Origin: Candidatus Woesearchaeota archaeon CG1_02_57_44
Lineage (GTDB): Archaea > Nanobdellota > Nanobdellia > Woesearchaeales > CG1-02-57-44
Length of the DNA: 39,824 nt
Reading direction: 5' to 3'
NCBI GenBank assembly: GCA_001871415.1
Contig: MNWW01000030.1
Coordinates: 1 to 39,824 of the forward strand
Position 1 is the stretch's first letter; every line of letters starts with the position of its first letter. The translations under genes and the position numbers were made by a program. Under the pieces are notes generated by a model. The model worked only from the letters and a program-made list of their open reading frames with translations, ran no database searches and had not been told where the DNA came from. This document shows positions 8,181-16,483 of the stretch, one piece after another.

Positions 8181-9354
8181 GCGCCCCACCTCGTCGTCCG
8201 CTACCTTTCGCCCCAATCCTGCCCTTGATGTCTCGGCGCTTGCGTTCCATATAGCCGCCGCCCAGCACCAGGATCAGACCCGCGCTCATGAAGAACCAGG
8301 ACGTAGGCAACATGTCCCAGAACATATCGACATAGTGGGAGAACAGATAGACAAACAGCCACGCCATGGACATATTGATGAGACTCATATCCTCACGCTT
8401 CAGGCCTATGTTGAGGAGGAGCAAGAGCAACGCGAAAAGCATGATATTGAAGACCCACATGTAGATGCTTCCTCTGCTCGGAAAGAACAGCAGCAGACCA
8501 GCGGCGATGAGCAGTGCGGTCCCGACCGCCGTCTCCAGCGCTGACGTCTCCCTGCGCATCCGGATATACGCGATATCCAGGAGCGCGAAAGCCAAAATCG
8601 CAAACCCGATGAATACACCAGCACCGAATCTGGAGAACTCCTGGACAACCGATTGATGCAGCACAGAGAATCCCTCAAAGGACAACAAGAACAAAGCGAT
8701 GAGCATGATCTTGAGTCCCGCGAGGCGCACTATCCTGGCGACCAAAGCGAGACGCTCGCTCGCCTGATGCAATGAGCCGATGGCAAAGAGCAGGATGGCA
8801 GAGGAGAGCATCAGGACCGGCACGAACCGCTCAGGCAGCGCGCCGTGGCCAGAGAAGACTGCATTGAATATCCAGACATACCATAGGATGGAGACGAGCC
8901 ACGCGATATTCGCTTCGGGGACGATATAGAGCAGAGGGAGGATCGCGACCAGCCAGAGCAAGACCAGGCTCGCCGCCCCTGCCTGCACATGATAGAGCTG
9001 AGCGAGCAGGAAGATATCCGCACCGATGAGCAATGCGCTGAGAAAGAGCAGCGCCCGGCCCAGCGTCGGATAGGTCTGACGCTGGAACGCGAGATGGTAG
9101 CCGAGCCACAAGGCACCGAGGGTGAATGCGAACAGGACACCCATCTTGAGGATGACGGAGAACGCCTGCCAGTTGGCGGCGATGAAGAGGATGACGCCCG
9201 TGCCCAGCATCAGGGCGCCGATGGTCGCGATGATGGCCACCTGCCTGAGCTGCGCGCGCTGCTTCTGGCGCTCCTGCAGGTCGGCGAGCATGCGCTTCTC
9301 CTGCGCAGCTGATATCACGCCCTGCTGGCACCATTGATTGATGAGGTCTTTCAT
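8173..9354 (-). CDS. DUF2157 domain multi-pass membrane protein
   Basis: W.QQGVIS..Q, GVILFIAANW, IFLLAQLYH, many TM helices; usual partner of GDYXXLXY proteins. Confidence 0.88.
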   Translation of the reverse strand: MKDLINQWCQQGVISAAQEKRMLADLQERQKQRAQLRQVAIIATIGALMLGTGVILFIAANWQAFSVILKMGVLFAFTLGALWLGYHLAFQRQTYPTLGRALLFLSALLIGADIFLLAQLYHVQAGAASLVLLWLVAILPLLYIVPEANIAWLVSILWYVWIFNAVFSGHGALPERFVPVLMLSSAILLFAIGSLHQASERLALVARIVRLAGLKIMLIALFLLSFEGFSVLHQSVVQEFSRFGAGVFIGFAILAFALLDIAYIRMRRETSALETAVGTALLIAAGLLLFFPSRGSIYMWVFNIMLFALLLLLLNIGLKREDMSLINMSMAWLFVYLFSHYVDMFWDMLPTSWFFMSAGLILVLGGGYMERKRRDIKGRIGAKGSGRRGGARG

Positions 9355-9467
9355 GAGCGTCGCCTTGCTCCCGGCAGCATCACACACAAGTGCACGTCTG
9401 CCGCACCTATGCTTTGTGCGTTTGGTAGAGAGCAGAGTATTAAAACCTTGCTCAAATCCCCCCTCAG

Positions 9468-10286
9468 ATGGACGGCAATCACGCGACCCTCCTGCATACA
9501 GGCTACGCCCTGCTCGCCTATGGTGGTGCCTACGCAGCAGCCTGCATCGGCGCATTCTATGAATACATCCTGCACTGCGACACCCCCATGCCCTGCACGC
9601 TGCATGTAGAACGGCTCGAGGCCCGCGTCGATGACCCATGGAAACGCCTCACGCTCGTCGGCGAGCCACAGGCCTATAATTCCGACGACCACGATATGGC
9701 GGTTGCCCTGCTCTCTGAGCACCAGAGCGTTGCATTCCAGCACCAGGACATGGACCAGGAAGCGCTGCGGGGCGCGCGCCGCGCACTCACCTTCGCCTAT
9801 GACCTCTCCACCTTCATCCCCTCGCTGCTGCACATGCTCAAGGAACGTCGCATGTTCCCATCACTGAGCGAACTCGCGTGCGATGCAGGACGTGACTGCT
9901 ACCGACTCGAGGAGCCATCCGCCTGGCAGCAGGAGCTGCGCGACGCTGACCTTGTGGGCGCCATAGCCCGTGAGACCTTGAGCACCCTCAGCAGCCCATT
10001 CACCTACTGGCTGCCAAGCAAAGCCGCGCAGCATGCGGACAGCCCCACAAGGCAGACCGCGCGCATCGCCCGCCTGGAACGCGTCCGACTCGCACGAGAA
10101 TCAGGGATAGCACATCGCATCACTGAGCTCATCACGCTGCCTGAGGTGACGGATCTGCTCGCCGTGTATCATCAGTCCCATCATCCTGGTGTGCAGGATG
10201 CGCTCGCAGGGATGCTCGAGCTTCGGGCCTGGCAACTGCCCACGGACGAGCAATGCTGCTGGCCTACCGCGGCGTATGGGTTCTGA
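9468..10286 (+). CDS. Hypothetical protein (272 aa)
   Basis: Fills the gap between divergent/convergent genes; TATTAAAA box about 23 nt before ATG; no recognised motif. Confidence 0.7.
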   Translation: MDGNHATLLHTGYALLAYGGAYAAACIGAFYEYILHCDTPMPCTLHVERLEARVDDPWKRLTLVGEPQAYNSDDHDMAVALLSEHQSVAFQHQDMDQEALRGARRALTFAYDLSTFIPSLLHMLKERRMFPSLSELACDAGRDCYRLEEPSAWQQELRDADLVGAIARETLSTLSSPFTYWLPSKAAQHADSPTRQTARIARLERVRLARESGIAHRITELITLPEVTDLLAVYHQSHHPGVQDALAGMLELRAWQLPTDEQCCWPTAAYGF

Positions 10287-10337
10287 TGCGAAGTCATCCG
10301 ATTAACTGAGAAGCATTCGCCATGTTGGTTTTAGCTG

Positions 10338-11576
10338 TCAATACAACGGATATCTCCTTGCCAACGCGATGACCTGCCGCTTGACATCCTTGATAATGGC
10401 TTCGTCAGTGTGATGCTTCACCACCGTAGCGATATACCTGCCGACATCACGCATATCCTCTTCGACCATGCCTCGTGTCGTTATGGCAGGCGTCCCCAGG
10501 CGGATGCCGCTGGGATCAAAGGGGCTGCGCTTATCATAGGGCACCATGTTCTTGTTGCAGGTGATATTGGCCTTGTCGAGCGCAACCTCGGCTTCCTTGC
10601 CTGTGACGCCGATGCTGCTGAGGTCGACGAGAATCAGGTGATTGTCTGTGCCGCCAGTCACCACGTCAAGACCTTCTGCCACCAAGGACGCAGCGAGCGC
10701 CTGCGCGTTCTTCACTATCTGCGCGGCGTACGCCTTGAACTGCGGTCGCAGCGCCTCCTTGAACGCCACGGCCTTGGCCGCGGTCACATGGTCATGAGGG
10801 CCGCCTTGCATGCCGGGAAACACCGCCTTGTCTATGGCTTTGGCAAACTGCTCCTTGCACATTATCATGGCCCCACGGGGGCCGCGCAGGGTCTTGTGCG
10901 TCGTCGTGGTCACCACATCGGTATACGGGAAGGGGCTCTGATGCACACCACCGACGATGAGCCCCGCGATGTGGCTGATATCCGCCATGCTTATCGCGCC
11001 TACCTCCTCGGCTATCTCAGCGAACGCTTTGAAATCGATGATCCTCGGGTAGGCAGTCGCGCCGGAGAGGATGAGCTTGGGCTTTGTCTTCCTGGCAAGG
11101 GCGCGTATCTTCTCATAGTCCAGACGGTGGGATGACTCATCTACACCGTACTGCACAAACTGATACGCCCTGCCGCTGAAGTTGACCTTGTGCCCGTGCG
11201 TGAGATGGCCGCCCTGGTCAAGGGACATGCCCATCACGGTGTCGCCAAATTCAAGCAGCGCGAAGTAGACCTCGATATTCGCGGGGCTTCCGGAATACGG
11301 CTGGACATTGACGTGCTCTGCTCCGAAAAGCTGCTTTGCCCTCGCTATTGCCAGCTCCTCAGCGTCGTCGATGAACTGGTTGCCGCCGTAGTATCGCTTG
11401 CGCGGATAGCCCTCGCTGTACTTGTTGGTCATGACGCTGCCGAGGGCCTCCAACACAGCAGGAGAGACGAAGTTCTCTGACGGGATGAGCTCAAGGCCGT
11501 CGTTCTGACGGTCTCGTTCGTGGTCAATGGCCGCCGCAAGATCAGGGTCAAATTGATGAAGAGGGGTGCGGTTCAT
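10338..11576 (-). CDS. glyA: Serine hydroxymethyltransferase (bacterial-type)
   Basis: [50 protein letters not shown]. An in-frame ATG at 11660 could add 28 aa. Confidence 0.97.
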   Translation of the reverse strand: MNRTPLHQFDPDLAAAIDHERDRQNDGLELIPSENFVSPAVLEALGSVMTNKYSEGYPRKRYYGGNQFIDDAEELAIARAKQLFGAEHVNVQPYSGSPANIEVYFALLEFGDTVMGMSLDQGGHLTHGHKVNFSGRAYQFVQYGVDESSHRLDYEKIRALARKTKPKLILSGATAYPRIIDFKAFAEIAEEVGAISMADISHIAGLIVGGVHQSPFPYTDVVTTTTHKTLRGPRGAMIMCKEQFAKAIDKAVFPGMQGGPHDHVTAAKAVAFKEALRPQFKAYAAQIVKNAQALAASLVAEGLDVVTGGTDNHLILVDLSSIGVTGKEAEVALDKANITCNKNMVPYDKRSPFDPSGIRLGTPAITTRGMVEEDMRDVGRYIATVVKHHTDEAIIKDVKRQVIALARRYPLY

Positions 11577-11609
11577 GGCGTGCTCTGGAGCACGAGATGA
11601 TCGAACAAG

Positions 11610-11763
11610 GGAATCGGTCGGATGGGCCGCACCGCTGGTTTTTGTGGATTCTATCTTCATCCCCTGTGGGCGGGTGCCCGCGTATTTATGGGTTGCGACA
11701 AGACACGCTACATCACACAGACCTATGCCCCCTGAGGCCCGCTAGCCGCCCATCCGACATTCC
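11610..11763. repeat. Long-range inverted repeat enclosing a structured region upstream of glyA
   Basis: GGAAT-cg-GTCGGATGGGC (11610-11627) is complementary to GCCCATCCGAC-ATTCC (11748-11763). Confidence 0.7.
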
Positions 11764-11813
11764 AACGCAGATTTAAATAGAATGAGCGCAACCACTGTAC
11801 TCGAGGTGATAAT

Positions 11814-12044
11814 TTGGCATTAGTATTAGGACCGGTACTGCTGGTCGTAGCTATCGTCGCCTGCGGCGGCGTGTATTGGAAGACGAAGAGCTGGGCAAAG
11901 ACAGGACACACCCTGCAGGTCCTGCTCGCGTTGCTGGCGCTGGTCTACGCGCTCCAGTATGTGGCAGTAGGCGAAATAAGGACAGTACTCCTGCTTCTCA
12001 GCGTGGGATTGCTGCTCGATGGCGTCATCGATGTCGCTGACTGA
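11814..12044 (+). CDS. Small membrane protein (76 aa, about 3 TM)
   Basis: TTTAAATA box at 11772-11779, SD GAGGTGA at 11803-11809, TTG start, hydrophobic sequence. Confidence 0.7.
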   Translation: MALVLGPVLLVVAIVACGGVYWKTKSWAKTGHTLQVLLALLALVYALQYVAVGEIRTVLLLLSVGLLLDGVIDVAD

Positions 12045-12294
12045 GAGATAGCCATGCCTAGCAGGTAGCCGGCGTCTGTCGTGACAACAGCGATTGCTTC
12101 ATGACATCGGCTACCGCAAAGCTCAAATGATGTATGTAATTCTTCGTCTCTATGCAGCAACCTGTCATCATCACCGTGGTCTTGACTTCTGCAAGAAACA
12201 CGTTCTTTCCGGAAAGGGACAGGTCTGTATGACATAAGGATCTATGTGAGGAGCATGACGAGTATACGCTGATGTACCTGCGCGTGCCAGCGGA

Positions 12295-13812
12295 CTAATC
12301 GCGCGTCGCATCCACGGCTTGCTTGTACGCCGCCCTGCCGTCTTCAAGAAGCTGCTCTGCAGCTGGCTTGGACCTCGCATCAGAATATATGCGAAACTGC
12401 CCTGCCGTGGTCGCGCTCGCGCGGAACCACACCCAGCCTTCATCCATGATGACCTTCAGACCGCTGAAGCGATCCGGCCTAGACAGCTCGTATCCTCTGC
12501 CACTGTAGTAGTCCTGCAGCGCGCCCATGACCCTCGCGACCGCTTCCTGATTGGGCTCGCAGCGTTGGTCATCGTCGCGAAGCGTGTAGTAACGAGGCAT
12601 CGAATCGAGGAGCCCTCCGACATCCTGTCCGCGCTCGGCGGTCAGCGCGAGCGTGTAGAGCCAAGTCATCACGCCGTCGCGACATCGCGTCGCTGGGTGG
12701 ATGAATCCTGAGCTTGAGCCATCGCCGGACAACGCTGCGTGTTGGTCAATCATCGTATCCACTACATTTATCTCCCCTGTGCCGACCTCGACGTATCGGC
12801 CGCCATGCCTTCGCGCGACATCCTTGACCAACCAGGACGTACCATCATTGACGACGATGGTACGATTCCTTATGCCGATACCGGGAACATTGACCAATTG
12901 CGCGTCCAGCACATTCTCGTTAGGACCAGTCGCCGCGCCCTTGCGGCCCAGCACATACTCCGTCATCAACCCCAGGACATATTGACCAGAGACGACCTGT
13001 CCGAATTCGCTGGCGAACTTGCTCCCGACAGGGATGCCCAACTCCGCACGATCAGCGTCAAAGTCAAAACCGACGTACAGGTCCTTTGGACCAAGTGTCG
13101 AGACAATCGCAGCGAGGGTCCGGCCGTTAGGCTCAATTCCCCGCTGCGGACCCCTTGCGACGCTTCCGTGGATAACTTCCAGAGGAATGCCCATGCCAAG
13201 CCTGAGCACATCACACAGACCACAGGCAGCGCCTCCATTCGGGTCCAGGATCACGCGCTTGTCCGCGTAGAAGGAACGGACATCGTCAAGGGTCCCACCT
13301 GGCAGGAGGGAAAGAACAAAATCCAGATACGATGAGCCCGGATTGCTGCGCACGCGCGCCACCCTAACCGCGCCCATACCATCCACTCCAGCGCCCACCC
13401 CATCCACTCCCTCCCCCATCAGCTCATGCGCCCTGCCAATGACTCCTGCCATGTCGTCTGGAGCCAACAGCGCACCATCCTCGCGCAGGAACTTGAAGCC
13501 ATTATGATGCAAAGGGTTATGGCTGGCCGTGAGCATGACACCACCATGCGCGGCCTCCTCACGGACCGTGTGCTCGAGCATGGGCGTCGTCACGACGCCA
13601 ATGTCCACTACACGAACATCCCTGCCGAGATGCCCCATCAAGGATTGCATTATCTGTTCGCATGAGGGCCGCGGGTCATGACCGATGATGACTGTGGGGG
13701 CCATGCTCCTTTTTCGCAGCCATTGACCATAAGAGAGCGCATAGGCCGGAATCACGGGCATGAGCACTTTCGCAGTACCTCTGACGCCTGAATGGCTCTC
13801 GACAAGGGTCAT
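12295..13812 (-). CDS. Alpha-D-phosphohexomutase (PMM/PGM family)
   Basis: GHDPR, TASHNP phosphoserine loop, DFDADR metal loop, RDG, WFRAS.T. Confidence 0.9.
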   Translation of the reverse strand: MTLVESHSGVRGTAKVLMPVIPAYALSYGQWLRKRSMAPTVIIGHDPRPSCEQIMQSLMGHLGRDVRVVDIGVVTTPMLEHTVREEAAHGGVMLTASHNPLHHNGFKFLREDGALLAPDDMAGVIGRAHELMGEGVDGVGAGVDGMGAVRVARVRSNPGSSYLDFVLSLLPGGTLDDVRSFYADKRVILDPNGGAACGLCDVLRLGMGIPLEVIHGSVARGPQRGIEPNGRTLAAIVSTLGPKDLYVGFDFDADRAELGIPVGSKFASEFGQVVSGQYVLGLMTEYVLGRKGAATGPNENVLDAQLVNVPGIGIRNRTIVVNDGTSWLVKDVARRHGGRYVEVGTGEINVVDTMIDQHAALSGDGSSSGFIHPATRCRDGVMTWLYTLALTAERGQDVGGLLDSMPRYYTLRDDDQRCEPNQEAVARVMGALQDYYSGRGYELSRPDRFSGLKVIMDEGWVWFRASATTAGQFRIYSDARSKPAAEQLLEDGRAAYKQAVDATRD

Positions 13813-13909
13813 TGATGGACAGGATTGTTGCTCAGGTTTTGAATGTTTGGGCGCGGCGTTCCCTTACTGGCCAATACCAATATAAACCAAGAGCGCTTGC
13901 CCGATCACC

Positions 13910-14374
13910 ATGGCAACGCAGATGGACCTCGCCGGTAAGCCCAAGCGCGACGACTGGCACACGTACTTCATGAAGATAGCGACGCAGGTCGGCTCCAGGA
14001 GCACGTGCGACAGAAAGCATGTCGGCGCCGTCATCGTCCGTGACAAGACCATCCTGTCCACGGGCTACAACGGTTCGGTAAGAGGCCTTCCGCACTGCGA
14101 CGAGTCAGGACATGACATGGAAGACGGACACTGTGTCAGGACCGTGCACGCTGAGGCCAACGCCATCGTACAGGCGGCCAAGAACGGCGTGGCCATCGAC
14201 AGCGCCGAGATCTACATCACGGCAAGCCCGTGCTGGAACTGCTTCAAGCTCATCGCGAACGCTGGCATCAAGACCATCTACTTCGGAGAATTCTACCGTG
14301 ACGAGCGCATCTATAAGACAGCCGCGGCGGCGGGCATCAAGCTGGTCGATATGAGCAGGCAGAAGGAATCGTGA
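13910..14374 (+). CDS. dCMP deaminase (ComEB-like)
   Basis: RSTC.RKHVGAVIV, STGYNG, HAEANA, PCWNC zinc motifs. Confidence 0.93.
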   Translation: MATQMDLAGKPKRDDWHTYFMKIATQVGSRSTCDRKHVGAVIVRDKTILSTGYNGSVRGLPHCDESGHDMEDGHCVRTVHAEANAIVQAAKNGVAIDSAEIYITASPCWNCFKLIANAGIKTIYFGEFYRDERIYKTAAAAGIKLVDMSRQKES

Positions 14375-14383
14375 GCTGAGCCC

Positions 14384-14953
14384 TTATCCGTACGTCACCG
14401 GCTCGTCCTCGCCTGATTCCAGCCTCGCGCAGAGAAACAGCAGGTCACTGAGGCGGTTGAGGTATTGGATGACGAGCGGTTGTGTGTGGATGGTGTCTGG
14501 CTGCAGCGCGCACACCCTGCGCTCTGCCCTGCGACAGATGGTACGGGCGAGGTGCAATGATGCCGCGGCTCGGTTGCCGCGCGGAAGGATGAAAGAAGTC
14601 TGCTGGGGTAGTGTTGATTCTATAGATGCGAGAGCATCCTCCATGCGCTGTAGATGGATAGATGTCAATGCGGGAAGAGACGCCAACACCTTCTCCGGTG
14701 CTCCAGCCGACGCGAGCAGCGCACCGATGATGAACAGATCGTTCTGCACGTGCCGCAGCGGCATGATGACGGACTGCTGCTTGGCGTCGGCTAATGCGAG
14801 ACCTATCGCCGCGTTGAGCTCGTCGACCGTACCATAGGCCTCCAGCAGGATATCGTGTTTGGGCACCCTCTTGCCTCCGATGAGCGCGGTCGTTCCGTCG
14901 TCGCCCGTCTTGGTCGCGATGGATGGGCGGGAGGATGATGGAGGAGCAGCCAT
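14384..14953 (-). CDS. ATP:cob(I)alamin adenosyltransferase, PduO type
   Basis: TKTGDDGTT, AYGTVDELNA, FILP, RTICRRAER, YLNRLSDLLF. Confidence 0.95.
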   Translation of the reverse strand: MAAPPSSSRPSIATKTGDDGTTALIGGKRVPKHDILLEAYGTVDELNAAIGLALADAKQQSVIMPLRHVQNDLFIIGALLASAGAPEKVLASLPALTSIHLQRMEDALASIESTLPQQTSFILPRGNRAAASLHLARTICRRAERRVCALQPDTIHTQPLVIQYLNRLSDLLFLCARLESGEDEPVTYG

Positions 14954-15004
14954 AATGGGACAGAAGAGGACAGAATATAAAAATGCATTGGGGTCGGAAT
15001 TGGC

Positions 15005-15274
15005 CTATCCTGACAACTCCAGCATCTTCTTCCTGCTCGACGCGCCTGCGACAACACGGACCTTTGCGCCAAGGAATTTGCTCAGGAATTGCTCCAGCTC
15101 AACGTTCGCCTTGCCCTTGTCCGGCGGCGCGGCTATCGCGACACGGAATGCCTTTCTCGCTTCGTCGTATCCGAGCAGCATGGTCTTTGATGCGCCCGGG
15201 CGCGCCATGATAGCGAAGCGCCTGCCAGATAGCTTGGCCATAAATTCTTCGCAAGTGATCGGAGCATCGTCCAT
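15005..15274 (-). CDS. DUF167 (YggU/UPF0235) family protein
   Basis: ARPGAS, VAIAAPPDKGKANVEL, V.VVAG.SSRKK; start codon uncertain. Confidence 0.85.
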   Translation of the reverse strand: MDDAPITCEEFMAKLSGRRFAIMARPGASKTMLLGYDEARKAFRVAIAAPPDKGKANVELEQFLSKFLGAKVRVVAGASSRKKMLELSG

Positions 15275-15396
15275 AGTGCATGCGCTTCCTGCGTCATCCG
15301 CAGCAGATACCTGACAGGATGACAAAGGGATTAAATTAGTTTGGATTGGTAGAAAAATTCCCTTGGCAGCATCAGGGCAGATTCGTGAAGCGCGTT

Positions 15397-15714
15397 TCAG
15401 CTATAATCGCGCCAGGTGTGATTGCACTTGGTGCATCGCATGAACTTGGTCTCTGGCTCGTCGCCCGCGCGCGTCTGCACCATCCAAAAATAGGCCTCTT
15501 TATGACCGCACTTGCCACACTCGGCCTCAACCTTTGGATACGGCACTTCCTCTTTTTCCACCACGTCGACTTCGGTTGAGCCGCGCTGCATGTGCTCGGT
15601 GATCTCGGCCTTGGCAGCGTCACCGTCCTTGTAGTCGCCTCGGGGACAGACCATGACACGCTTGTTGCCCTCTTTCTTTGGCAATAGGATGGAACCGCAT
15701 TTCGGACAGAACAT
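15397..15714 (-). CDS. tfs: Transcription factor S (TFS)
   Basis: MFCPKCGSIL N-terminal Zn ribbon; CGKCGH...QTRAGDEPETKFMRCTKC with the acidic DE pair. Confidence 0.95.
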   Translation of the reverse strand: MFCPKCGSILLPKKEGNKRVMVCPRGDYKDGDAAKAEITEHMQRGSTEVDVVEKEEVPYPKVEAECGKCGHKEAYFWMVQTRAGDEPETKFMRCTKCNHTWRDYS

Positions 15715-15790
15715 AAGACAGGGGGGACGACGGCTGGTTTATAAAGGTTTAGGTGGTGGAAGGGGCCTCTGTCTTTGGCTGTCCAGGCAA

Positions 15791-16372
15791 TCACCCCGCC
15801 ACCCATGCCACCAGTTTCATAGCCATGAGCTTGACATAGCCGAGGTAGGGCAAGCGCATCCATGCCCTGCCGATGATCCGATCAGGCGTCACGGCCACCT
15901 CGTCAGGATTACTGCCGCAGTTATGGTCGCCCTTGAATGTATAGGACCCTTCGTTGACCGAGATGACACGGTGGATTATCGGCTCTGGTCTTGACGTCCA
16001 GTAGACCAGCACGTCACCGACCTTGACGTTTTCGGGTCTCACCCCTGTCAGGACGATGACGTCGCCGGCATCAAAGCCATTGCGGAAGCGGAAGAACTGG
16101 AACTGCTGCTGTTGGATATCGAGCGATGCGTATAGGTCGGCCTGAGTGAACGGGCCGCAGGATGATTGCCACCAAGTATCAAATGCGCCATCATGCTCCA
16201 TGCTGCCGGACACGACAGCCACCACCGGAAAGGGCGTACCCATGATGAGCCCCAGCACGGGATAGATGATGAAGCGGATGAGCAAAAACGCGAGCAGGAT
16301 ATTGGCAAGCCAGGACCAGATACTGTTGTCCTCGTGAAGAAAGTGCTTGATGCGCTTCCAGGTCATAACCAT
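15791..16372 (-). CDS. Signal peptidase I, archaeal/Sec11 type
   Basis: TM then VVSGSM, GDV, PIIHRV (Ser/His), KGDHN, IIGRA..RLPYLG. Confidence 0.92.
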   Translation of the reverse strand: MVMTWKRIKHFLHEDNSIWSWLANILLAFLLIRFIIYPVLGLIMGTPFPVVAVVSGSMEHDGAFDTWWQSSCGPFTQADLYASLDIQQQQFQFFRFRNGFDAGDVIVLTGVRPENVKVGDVLVYWTSRPEPIIHRVISVNEGSYTFKGDHNCGSNPDEVAVTPDRIIGRAWMRLPYLGYVKLMAMKLVAWVAG

Positions 16373-16483
16373 ACCTCTGCGTGAGATACCAGAGGTTTAA
16401 AAGCATTGCTCATGGGCAGTGTATTGTTGCCGTATCACTCCTTGGTCACACATACTCTCCACCATCATATGCGCTATTTATTT

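Noticed and set aside
11577..11780. ZTP, glycine or THF riboswitch, 6S RNA or C/D sRNA upstream of glyA
   Set aside because: Hallmark motifs are absent by eye (no CGCCUGGGC, no GGAGA...CUCUCAGG, wrong C/D spacing). GGGCACCCGCC only loosely recalls 6S RNA. Kept as an unassigned structure.
11945..12235. 96-aa minus-strand ORF after the phosphohexomutase
   Set aside because: Overlaps the SD-supported 11814-12044 gene by 100 nt and has no motif or clear promoter.
167..15274. Bacterial yggS-proC-yggU gene cluster
   Set aside because: All three are present but separated by 5-9 kb of unrelated genes, so no operon can be claimed.
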